Assembly (NCBI GenBank): GCA_051418015.1
Contig: JBPRGF010000033.1
Coordinates: forward strand, 352,001 to 416,000
From: Candidatus Nitrospinota bacterium M3_3B_026
GTDB lineage: Bacteria > Nitrospinota_A > UBA7883 > JBPRGF01
Length of the DNA stretch: 64,000 nucleotides
Direction: 5' to 3'
Below are positions 30,506-38,337 of this stretch, piece by piece. A program made the translations under genes and the position numbers. The notes beneath the pieces were generated by a model that was not told where the DNA came from, did not search any database, and saw only the letters and a list, made by a program, of their open reading frames with translations. Position 1 is the first letter of the stretch; every line of letters starts with the position of its first letter.

Positions 30506-31819
30506 ATGGAAAAGCGCAAAAAACTTTCGATCATCACCCTTGGTTGCCAGATGAACAAGCACGACTCGGAGTGGATATCCGGTCTGCTGGCCGACGGGTA
30601 TGACTACACCGACGATCATTCGGAGGCGGACTTGCTGGTGGTGAACACCTGCACGGTCCGGGAGAAGGCGGAGAGCAAGTTCTTTTCGCTCTTGGGCAGG
30701 CTTCGTCCCCTGAAGCTGGCCAGGCGGGATATGGTCATAGGCGTCGCGGGTTGCATCGCGCAGGATCAGGGGGAGAGGATCGTGGAGCGCGAGCCGATGG
30801 TCGATCTCGTCTTCGGGACCCGCGCCGTGGCCAATGTGCCGATGATGCTCGAGAGGCTCGAGGAGACCGGCCGCCCGCAGGTGGACACCTCCGACGCCGC
30901 CGGGTACGACGAGTTCCCCATGCGGCGGGAGTCGGCCTTCGCAGCCTGGGTCTCCATCATGCGCGGGTGCGACAACCATTGCTCCTACTGCATCGTCCCC
31001 CACACCCGCGGCCCGGAGCAAAGCCGCCCGCCGGAGAGCGTGCTCAGGGAGGTCGAGGAGCTTGCGGACAGTGGTTTCAAGGAGATAAACCTGCTCGGCC
31101 AGAACGTCAACAGCTACGGCCGAGGACTCAGGCAGGCGGCCGGTTTCCCGGAGCTTTTACGGATGGTGGACGCCGTCGGCGGAGTGGAGCGGGTAAGGTT
31201 CGTCACGTCCCATCCCAAGGACCTTTCGGACGGCCTCGTAGACGCCATGGCCGAACTCAAGACCGTCTGCCCGGCGCTGCACCTGCCCATACAGTCCGGC
31301 TCCGACAGGATATTGAGCCTCATGCGGCGCGGCTACACGGCTGATCACTATTTTTCGCGGGTGGAAAGGCTCAGGGAACGCATTCCGGATATATCCCTGA
31401 CGTCGGACATGATAGTGGGTTTTCCCGGCGAGACGGAGGAGGATTTCGAGAAGACCCTGGAGGCCGTCCAGAGGGCGGAGTACGACAACATTTTTCTTTT
31501 CAAATACTCCCCCCGCCCCGGGACGGAGGCGGCGGGGCTGCCGGGCAGGGTCGCCCCCGAGGCGGCCCAGGAGCGATTCAACGCGGTGATGGAGCTTCAG
31601 AAAAGGATATCCGCCGAGCGCTACGCCCGCTGGGCCGGCCGCGAGGTGGAGGTGCTGGTTGAGGGGCCGAGCAAGAAAAACCCCGAGCGGTACAGCGGAC
31701 GGACGCCGGGCAACCTGGTGGTCAATTTCAACGCGGCGGAAAATTTCACAGGTGAAACCATTCGTGTTAATATCGTCAAAAGCGGCAGGTACAGCCTGGA
31801 GGGCTCCATAGGGTCATAA
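30506..31819 (+). CDS. miaB: tRNA methylthiotransferase MiaB
   Basis: TLGCQMN.HDSE, NTCTVREKAE, GCDNHCSYC, RFVTSHPKD, IVGFPGET, TRAM domain. Confidence 0.95.
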   Translation: MEKRKKLSIITLGCQMNKHDSEWISGLLADGYDYTDDHSEADLLVVNTCTVREKAESKFFSLLGRLRPLKLARRDMVIGVAGCIAQDQGERIVEREPMVDLVFGTRAVANVPMMLERLEETGRPQVDTSDAAGYDEFPMRRESAFAAWVSIMRGCDNHCSYCIVPHTRGPEQSRPPESVLREVEELADSGFKEINLLGQNVNSYGRGLRQAAGFPELLRMVDAVGGVERVRFVTSHPKDLSDGLVDAMAELKTVCPALHLPIQSGSDRILSLMRRGYTADHYFSRVERLRERIPDISLTSDMIVGFPGETEEDFEKTLEAVQRAEYDNIFLFKYSPRPGTEAAGLPGRVAPEAAQERFNAVMELQKRISAERYARWAGREVEVLVEGPSKKNPERYSGRTPGNLVVNFNAAENFTGETIRVNIVKSGRYSLEGSIGS

Positions 31820-31837
31820 CGGAAGGAAAGCGCCGCC

Positions 31838-32347
31838 ATGAGTGAAAACGAGGACAGGGTGGAGATGAAGGTCGAGGGTCTTGTTTTCGACCCCCTGACG
31901 AACACTCCGATAATAATCCTCAAGGATTTCGACGACGACAGGTCGCTGCCCATATGGGTGGGATACCCGGAGGCGACGGCCATAGCGCTGGAGATGGAGG
32001 CCGTGGCCCCCCCGCGGCCGATGACGCACGACCTGATAAAAAATCTCCTGACCGGGCTCGACACCAGCGTAAATTACATACTGGTCAACGACCTGAAGAA
32101 CAACACTTTTTACGCGGTCATCTCGCTCACCAGAAACGGCCGGATCGTGGAGGTGGACTCGCGCCCCTCGGACGCCATCGCCGTCGCCCTTCGCGTGAAA
32201 GCGCCGATATTCGTGATGCGCTCGGTGCTGGAGGGCGCCAAATCGCTCGACACGAACGTAAACGCCCAGGATGAGGCGGAGGACGAAGATCAGTTCAAGA
32301 AGTGGCTGAATAACATCCGTCCCAGAGACTTCGGCAAACTGGATTAA
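31838..32347 (+). CDS. Bifunctional nuclease family protein (DUF151)
   Basis: LPIWVG.PEA.AIA, PRPMTHDL, DSRPSDAIAVALR. Confidence 0.9.
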   Translation: MSENEDRVEMKVEGLVFDPLTNTPIIILKDFDDDRSLPIWVGYPEATAIALEMEAVAPPRPMTHDLIKNLLTGLDTSVNYILVNDLKNNTFYAVISLTRNGRIVEVDSRPSDAIAVALRVKAPIFVMRSVLEGAKSLDTNVNAQDEAEDEDQFKKWLNNIRPRDFGKLD

Positions 32348-32485
32348 AGGCCGGGTTTTTTTCAGCGCAAGGGGGCCCGGCCCAGGCTTCATGCTGACCG
32401 GGTTGATATTTCGCGCCCGGTCGGGGGGCGGGGGCATTTTTTTTATTGCTGTTTTGTCAGGGGATTTTTCTGTGTAGAGGGTGAA

Positions 32486-33064
32486 ATGTTTATGAACGCA
32501 AGGTCCATCGCCACGTATGCTTTGATCCTGATATTCGCCGCCGCGTGCGCCACAGGCGCCTCCGGGGAAAAGGCGGACAACGCGCAGCCCGCCGCGGAGA
32601 AAAAAAAGACGGCGGAAAAGAAAAAGGAGGCCGACAGGGAAAAGGAGCTTCTGGCCTCGATAAAAAAGGCCGGGGAAGAGGGACGGCAGGACGAGGCCCT
32701 GGCGCGGGACCTGACGGAGCTGGCCGGCATCTACCGGGCGGAGGGGAGAAGCTTCGACGCGGAGGCCTACTACCAGCGCGCCCTGTCGGTGGTGGAGACG
32801 GCCACCGGGGCGGACAGCCTGAAGACCGCGGAGGCGGCCAGGGAGCTGGGGAGATTCTACAGGTTCACGGGAAAGCCGACCCTGGCGGAGCCTCTGTACA
32901 GGCGCTCGCTCGATATACACGAGAAGATATACGGCCCCAAGAGCCCGGAGATCCTCCCGGCGCTCGAGGAGTATATCGAGATAGTCAGGGATCTCAACCT
33001 GCCCAATAAGGCCATGCGGCTTTCGGCGCGGGCGCGTATGATAAAGGCCCTGGCGGGCAAATAA
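32486..33064 (+). CDS. TPR-repeat protein, probable lipoprotein
   Basis: Signal with AAAC; AE.YYQRAL and AEPLYRRSL repeats. Confidence 0.75.
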   Translation: MFMNARSIATYALILIFAAACATGASGEKADNAQPAAEKKKTAEKKKEADREKELLASIKKAGEEGRQDEALARDLTELAGIYRAEGRSFDAEAYYQRALSVVETATGADSLKTAEAARELGRFYRFTGKPTLAEPLYRRSLDIHEKIYGPKSPEILPALEEYIEIVRDLNLPNKAMRLSARARMIKALAGK

Positions 33065-33093
33065 GCTCCCCGCCCCCGCCGGGAGCTTTTTTT
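33063..33093 (+). terminator. Intrinsic terminator
   Basis: AAGCTCCC-loop-GGGAGC followed by T7. Confidence 0.75.
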
Positions 33094-33139
33094 GGGGCGC
33101 GTTTCGTCAGAGGACGGCGCCGTCCCGAAGCGCACGATA

Positions 33140-33215
33140 TGTCATCCTGAGGCGCAAGCCGAAGGATCCCGTCGCCTCATCCGGCACGAGATGCTTCACT
33201 TCGTTCAGCATGACA
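33140..33215. repeat. Palindromic REP-like element, copy 2
   Basis: TGTCATCCTGAG..CGAAGGATCCCG...CGAGATGCTTC..TTCAGCATGACA; between convergent genes. Confidence 0.85.
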
Positions 33216-33236
33216 TTATCGCGAGAGCGAATAAAC

Positions 33237-34019
33237 TCAACGGCGAGCCCCGCCTCCACCGAAGGTTTTCTGGAAATCCTCTATCTCCTCCGCGGTGAAC
33301 TCATCCTCGTTCCACATCATGTCGTCGATCACGCTTTGCGGGTCCTCGTGAGCCGTCTCCACGAAATCGGCGAAGGCTGATGCGGCTGAGCGCAGGTCTT
33401 CTTGTATCCAGGCTTTCTGGACGGGGACATACTCCGTGACGGCGTCCAGGGGAAGCTGGCCGGGCTCGAAATACAGATCATAGTCAAGGTACACGGTCTC
33501 TCCATCCTCTTCTTTCTCCGGGCGGAGCCTGACCGCCACCGCGCCGATCCCGGAGACCTTCAGCCCCACGCCGACGGGAGCGCGGTAGAAATAGCTGAAG
33601 CGCAATAGGTATACGTCCCCCGCGCTCCACGCCTTCTTCACGTAATAGACGCCCCCCGACCGTCCCGTCACCCCCCATTCACCCCCTGTCCCGCTCTTTT
33701 CCACGGAGACGGGGCTCTGGCCGAAGACTTCCAGGATTCTGTGGGCCAGCCGCCAGCGCTCGAAAAAATAGGCCGCCGCCTCGGGGGAAGCTTTCATCCC
33801 GGCGTCCCGGACCATCGCCGGCGCGGCTTCCAGGAGTTTTTCAAGGGCCGGATCTTCGGGCAGAGACTTTTTGTCGATCGCGATTGGCGCCGGGGTTTTT
33901 CCCTCGTCCGCGGCAGAGGAGGGGAGGGGGGCGCCCTGCAGGAGGGCGAAAAATATGAACGCCAGGGCGGACCTTACCGGGTCGCCGCGCCGATGTCCAG
34001 GATGCCCGCTTCCCGGCAT
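33237..34019 (-). CDS. Hypothetical exported protein
   Basis: Signal-like segment ending PSSA, acidic C-terminus, in line with exbB/exbD; start uncertain. Confidence 0.6.
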   Translation of the reverse strand: MPGSGHPGHRRGDPVRSALAFIFFALLQGAPLPSSAADEGKTPAPIAIDKKSLPEDPALEKLLEAAPAMVRDAGMKASPEAAAYFFERWRLAHRILEVFGQSPVSVEKSGTGGEWGVTGRSGGVYYVKKAWSAGDVYLLRFSYFYRAPVGVGLKVSGIGAVAVRLRPEKEEDGETVYLDYDLYFEPGQLPLDAVTEYVPVQKAWIQEDLRSAASAFADFVETAHEDPQSVIDDMMWNEDEFTAEEIEDFQKTFGGGGARR

Positions 34020-34375
34020 ATTCCCATTACCTCCACCACGGCGCCGTAGTCGAGCCGCCTGTCCGCCCTGATGATGACGGAGCTTTTGGCCGCCGCCTTG
34101 CCCGTGTCCGCCTTCAGGATATCCGGCAGCGCCTCCAGAACGACCGCCTCGCCGTTCAGAAAGATATCGCCATCCTTCGTCATCTCGATCTCGTACACCC
34201 GCGTCTTTTCCGCCGCCGCGCCGGCCCTGGACTCGGGCAGTTCTATGTCCATCCTGCGGGTGAAGTCTATGAACGCCGTGGAGACCATGAAAAAGATGAG
34301 CAGAAGGAAAACAACGTCGATCAGGGGCGTCAGGGAGAGGGAATAGTCCTCCTCCTCCGGTTTCCTAAATCTCAT
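33974..34375 (-). CDS. exbD: ExbD/TolR family protein
   Basis: LTPLIDVVFLLLIFFMV, IIRAD. Confidence 0.9.
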   Translation of the reverse strand: MRFRKPEEEDYSLSLTPLIDVVFLLLIFFMVSTAFIDFTRRMDIELPESRAGAAAEKTRVYEIEMTKDGDIFLNGEAVVLEALPDILKADTGKAAAKSSVIIRADRRLDYGAVVEVMGICREAGILDIGAATR

Positions 34376-35138
34376 GGCTCGACGAGACAGGCTCCCTTCC
34401 CGCCCGGGCGGCGCTCTCCACGGCGTGTTGTATGTCTTCGACGAAGCTCAGGCTGATGTCCTCCATCTCGCGGATCAGCCTGTCCGCCTTGCTCCGGAAA
34501 AAATGGTACGCCGCCAAAGAGGGTATTCCTACGATCAGACCCGTGGCGGTGGTTATCAGCGCCTCGGAGATGCCCGAGGCCACGAGCCCGGGGTTGCCGG
34601 TCCCGGACTCGGAGATGACGTTGAACGCCTTTATCATGCCGATAACCGTCCCCAGGAGCCCCAGCATAGGCGTCAGGTTGGCCAGCACCCCAAGGCCACG
34701 CAGCCGCGCCGTCAGCCGCGCCGCCTCCCGCGCTCCGGCGGCCTCTATGGCCCGCTCCACCTCCAGTATCCCGAACCAGCCACGGGCCAGCCCGGCCTGA
34801 ACGATCCGGGAGAGGGGAGAGTCATAAGCGGAGCATATCTTCAGCGCCCGCTTGAAATCGCCCTTCGAGGCCAGAAGCTTCACGTCGTCCAGAAAATCAC
34901 GGGCGATGACGGAGCCGGGGCGCAGGCTGAAGGCCCGCTCCATGGCGATCATCAGAGCAAGGATCGAGCAGAGCAGGATGGGCCACATCACCACCCCGCC
35001 TTTCCTGAACACCGCCACCAGCCAAAGCCGCGACGCAAAGCCGCCCTCGGACTGGACCATGTAGAAAAAGACAAGAAACAACGCCGCCGCCACGGCGAGG
35101 ATGGCCGTGGAGCTTCTGTCAAAACGCCTCTCTGTCAT
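34365..35138 (-). CDS. exbB: MotA/TolQ/ExbB proton channel protein
   Basis: GGVVMWPI, PMLGLLGTV.GMI.AF, GISEALITTA.GL. Confidence 0.88.
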   Translation of the reverse strand: MTERRFDRSSTAILAVAAALFLVFFYMVQSEGGFASRLWLVAVFRKGGVVMWPILLCSILALMIAMERAFSLRPGSVIARDFLDDVKLLASKGDFKRALKICSAYDSPLSRIVQAGLARGWFGILEVERAIEAAGAREAARLTARLRGLGVLANLTPMLGLLGTVIGMIKAFNVISESGTGNPGLVASGISEALITTATGLIVGIPSLAAYHFFRSKADRLIREMEDISLSFVEDIQHAVESAARAGREPVSSSHEI

Positions 35139-35490
35139 ATCTTCAGAAGGATATAACAACGAAGGCGGAAGACTCAATAATTTAAATATAAAAGGGCTCC
35201 AGGATGGCGGCGTCTCCCTGGCAATGTCGCGCTGAGCGCGGCAAAGCGTCTCGCTGCGGATGGAATAGCGAGATTCTTCGGCGAAGCTTGCCCTGGCCGC
35301 CGCCGCGCCCTGACTTGTCCCCCACCCGCCGGAAAAAAACAGCCCGGATTCTCAAATCCGGGAATCCGTTATCAAAAATGAGAATAAAAAAACCGGGAAA
35401 ACAGCGGGGCAGAGCAGGGTCTGGAATCATTCCAACTTATTAATAATATTTATTCAAGCGGTTACGAAACTGTAACGATATGACTAAAAC

Positions 35491-35506
35491 TGGCGCGGGG
35501 ATTGCA
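35491..35506 (+). promoter_or_regulatory. sigma54 -24/-12 promoter upstream of the multiheme cytochrome gene
   Basis: TGGCGCG-GGGA-TTGCA with exact GG-N10-GC spacing; IHF-like TTCAAGCGGTTA at 35453-35464. Confidence 0.75.
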
Positions 35507-35586
35507 TAGTTTGACTCGTATGGGGACATAACTTATCGCTTATGATAAATCGCGCCGGTTTAAATCGCGATGTCTGTTACGTCCTT

Positions 35587-35626
35587 CGCGTCGTCGCTTT
35601 GCCTGACCTGTCATGACAAGTGAGGG
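35587..35626 (+). repeat. Direct repeat of the cytochrome gene 3' end (other copy 36671-36710)
   Basis: 38/40 identical, both differences synonymous; encodes ASSLCLTCHDK-stop. Confidence 0.93.
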
Positions 35627-35630
35627 AGTG

Positions 35631-36707
35631 ATGTTGGGAAACAGCGGTCAATGTCATCCTGAGCCCCTTCGGCTTCGCTCAGGGCAGGCTCCAGCGAAGG
35701 ATCCCGCCGTTTCATACGTTGCGAGACTCTTCGCTGACACTCAGAGTGACAATAAAGCGCTATTTACTCCGGCGCGGCTGAAAAACCATCTGGCCGCCGC
35801 GTTGCTTGCGCTGGTAATCGTTGCCATGGGCGCGTCCACGGCCCTCGCCGACGGGTGGGCGGACGGCACGAAAGCGCCGAACGTGGACAGCATAGCCAAC
35901 ACCAGACACAACCTCGCTCTCCCTTATATCGCCGATGATTATTTGATGGACTCGTCGCGGAACGATTACGAGCAGGTCTGCGTCTATTGCCACACGCCCC
36001 ATGGCGCCAACTCCACGATCGACGCGCCGCTATGGAACCGGACAAACCCCGGGAACGCTTACACGCTCTACAACATCCCGTTGATGTCCGGCCAGGCGCC
36101 CACCCAGCCGGGGGTGAACTCGTTGACCTGCCTTTCCTGCCATGACGGGACAGTCGGCATAGATTCGATAATAAACATGCCAACGACGCAATACACCGGC
36201 TATCCAAATAACTATTTCGCCGCGCAGGAGACAAGCCAGAACGACGCTTTTCTAGACACGTGGACAAACGCCGGAGGGCAGGAGACAACAGGCCACCGCA
36301 AATTACAGGCGATAGGGCAGGGCGATATAATGGATTCATGTTTATTTTGCCACCAAGAAAGCGTCATTGTCCCGTACTTGCGATACGAAGCTTTCGCGCT
36401 CACCACCGATTTATCCGACGACCACCCTGTCGGCGTGAACCTGCCCGATCCCAACACATACGACTTCAAGGCCCCGACGGCGACGGACGGATCGCTGAAG
36501 TTCTTCGACGGCGACGGCGACGGGCGGGCGGACAACGACGAGGTTCGGTTCTACGACACCGGCGAGGGCTACGAGGTGGAGTGCGCCTCGTGCCATGATC
36601 CGCACGGGGTGGAGTCCGCCGGGCCGGGCAGCGAGTTCATCCCGTCGTTTCTGCGGGTGAATAACAACAACGCGTCGTCGCTGTGCCTGACGTGTCATGA
36701 CAAGTGA
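35631..36707 (+). CDS. Secreted five-heme c-type cytochrome, OmcE-like (cytochrome nanowire family)
   Basis: CVYCH, CLSCH, CLFCH, CASCH, CLTCH; TRHNL, HTPH, PLWNR, YTLY, TDLSDDHPV, HDPH, FLR; signal ending TALA; GAGGGAG before ATG 35631. Confidence 0.85.
   Translation: MLGNSGQCHPEPLRLRSGQAPAKDPAVSYVARLFADTQSDNKALFTPARLKNHLAAALLALVIVAMGASTALADGWADGTKAPNVDSIANTRHNLALPYIADDYLMDSSRNDYEQVCVYCHTPHGANSTIDAPLWNRTNPGNAYTLYNIPLMSGQAPTQPGVNSLTCLSCHDGTVGIDSIINMPTTQYTGYPNNYFAAQETSQNDAFLDTWTNAGGQETTGHRKLQAIGQGDIMDSCLFCHQESVIVPYLRYEAFALTTDLSDDHPVGVNLPDPNTYDFKAPTATDGSLKFFDGDGDGRADNDEVRFYDTGEGYEVECASCHDPHGVESAGPGSEFIPSFLRVNNNNASSLCLTCHDK
35652..35751. repeat. Palindromic REP-like element, copy 3, inside the cytochrome ORF, with a nested second repeat
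   Basis: TGTCATCCTGAG...AGCGAAGGATC...GACTCTTCGCT..CTCAGAGTGACA; nested CCCTTCGGCTTCGCTCAGGGCAGGC. Confidence 0.85.
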
Positions 36708-36717
36708 GGGCGCGGTG

Positions 36718-36760
36718 ATGAACAATGCCGGCTTCACACGCTGTCATCCTGAGCCCCTTC
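36718..36760 (+). pseudogene. 5' stub of a further cytochrome unit (MNNAGFTRCHPEPL) with a truncated palindromic element
   Basis: 36742-36760 is identical to 35652-35670, in the same frame relative to an equivalently placed ATG. Confidence 0.6.
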
Positions 36761-36986
36761 AGAATTTATTTCAGCTCCGCACGCAAGTTGACATAACATA
36801 TCTTATCGGAAGCCGGCGGCGGGCCGGGGGCCTTGGCGCGGGCGCGGACTCGGGGCCGCTCCAGCCTTTCGCCCGCGGATTCCGGCCCGGTCCTGAGCCT
36901 TCAATAAACCGCTGATTTGTATTGACAAAACCGCCTGAAAAAAATATCGTATTCATCATTCATCAAAAACACCGGCGCGTATCGAA

Positions 36987-37316
36987 ATGCTTGTCGCGAA
37001 ACTCAAAAGTTTCATAAACACCTTCACGTTCGAAGACCTGATGTACTGGATCGAGAACGTCAGCCCGCTGGACCTTCTGACGAGCCCGTGGGTGATCGTC
37101 CCGGTGGTTCTCATCATCGGCCTGATAGCCTATCCCCATACGTCCTATTTCGGGCAGCAGCTCGTCCTTTATCTTCCAGCCGCGATTTATCTTTTCATCA
37201 CCTTCGTCATCCTGAAGAACGGCAGCATCTCCGACCTGGGCCCCTTCATCATGGCCATGATCGCCTTCTTCATTATCGTGGGATGGCTAATCTGGACCCG
37301 TCTTTTGAAGGACTGA
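36987..37316 (+). CDS. Small membrane protein (about 3 TM)
   Basis: Three hydrophobic segments; directly upstream of rmlB. Confidence 0.7.
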   Translation: MLVAKLKSFINTFTFEDLMYWIENVSPLDLLTSPWVIVPVVLIIGLIAYPHTSYFGQQLVLYLPAAIYLFITFVILKNGSISDLGPFIMAMIAFFIIVGWLIWTRLLKD

Positions 37317-37323
37317 CCATCTC

Positions 37324-38337
37324 TTGAGAATTCTCGCCACCGGCGCCGCCGGGTTCATCGGCTCCAACTGGGTCATAGCGCGGCTTGAAAACCATCCCGA
37401 GGACGCCATAGTGAGCCTCGACAAGCTCACCTACGCCGGGAACATAAAAAACCTCGCCGGCGTCATGGACGATCCACGGCACGAGTTCGTCCATGGCGAT
37501 ATCGGCGACGGCGAGTTGCTTGCGCGTCTGTTCCGTGACGCGCCTTTCGACGTTGTCATAAACTTCGCCGCCGAGTCGCACGTCGACAGGTCCATCCACA
37601 GCCCGGCGGATTTTCTGACCACGAACGTCTGGGGGACCTTCAGCCTTCTGGAGGCGGCGCGCGAGTTCGGCGTTGAAAGATTCATACAGATATCCACCGA
37701 CGAGGTTTACGGCTCGCTCGGCATGGACGATCCCCCCTTCACGGAGCGGACGCCCCTGCGGCCGACCAGCCCCTACTCCGCCTCCAAGGCCGCCGCGGAC
37801 CATCTCGCCCTCTCATACCACGGGACATACGGTCTGCCCGTCATCGTCACGAGGTGTTCCAACAACTACGGCCCGCGCCAGTTCCCGGAGAAGATGATCC
37901 CCCTTTTCATAAACAACCTGTCGAAGGACGAGCCCGTCCCCATCTACGGCAAGGGGGAGAACGTGCGGGACTGGATACACGTCGCCGACCATTCCCGCGC
38001 CGTCGACGCGGCGCTTTCGATCGGGGCGCCAGGCCAGGTCTACAACATCGGCGGGGACTGCGAGAAGAAGAACATAGAGGTCGTCGAGCTTCTCCTCGAC
38101 ATCATGGGCAGGCCGCAAAGCCTCAAAAAATTCGTGAAAGACAGGCCCGGCCACGACCTGCGGTACGCCATGGACTACTCAAAGGCGCGGACAGAGCTCG
38201 GGTGGGAGCCGGTCGTCGATTTCGAGCAGGGGCTGCGGGAGACGGTGAAATGGTACATGGAGAACCAGGGCTGGCTCCAGGAGGTCACAAGCGGCGCCTA
38301 CCTCGACTATTACGAGAAGATGTACAAGAACAGATGA
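37324..38337 (+). CDS. rmlB: dTDP-glucose 4,6-dehydratase
   Basis: TGAAGFIGSN, DKLTYAGN, FAAESHVDRSI, ISTDEVYG, YSASK, DRPGHD.RY. Confidence 0.96.
   Translation: MRILATGAAGFIGSNWVIARLENHPEDAIVSLDKLTYAGNIKNLAGVMDDPRHEFVHGDIGDGELLARLFRDAPFDVVINFAAESHVDRSIHSPADFLTTNVWGTFSLLEAAREFGVERFIQISTDEVYGSLGMDDPPFTERTPLRPTSPYSASKAAADHLALSYHGTYGLPVIVTRCSNNYGPRQFPEKMIPLFINNLSKDEPVPIYGKGENVRDWIHVADHSRAVDAALSIGAPGQVYNIGGDCEKKNIEVVELLLDIMGRPQSLKKFVKDRPGHDLRYAMDYSKARTELGWEPVVDFEQGLRETVKWYMENQGWLQEVTSGAYLDYYEKMYKNR

Noticed and set aside
35609..35618. TGTCATGACA palindrome (Cys-His-Asp-Lys codons) as an empty target site of the palindromic element
   Set aside because: It matches the element termini, but is fully explained by the heme-motif codons; no filled/empty pair is visible.
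35587..36760. Repeats read as a CRISPR array, integron attC sites or a DGR template/variable pair
   Set aside because: Only two copies ~1.1 kb apart; no cas, integron integrase or reverse transcriptase in the window; the differences are not adenine-specific.
37854..38333. N-terminal extensions in the ORF track for rmlD (also the symporter from 59213 and the hypothetical from 55488)
   Set aside because: They overlap upstream genes out of frame; real starts are at ATGA overlaps or the promoter-proximal ATG.
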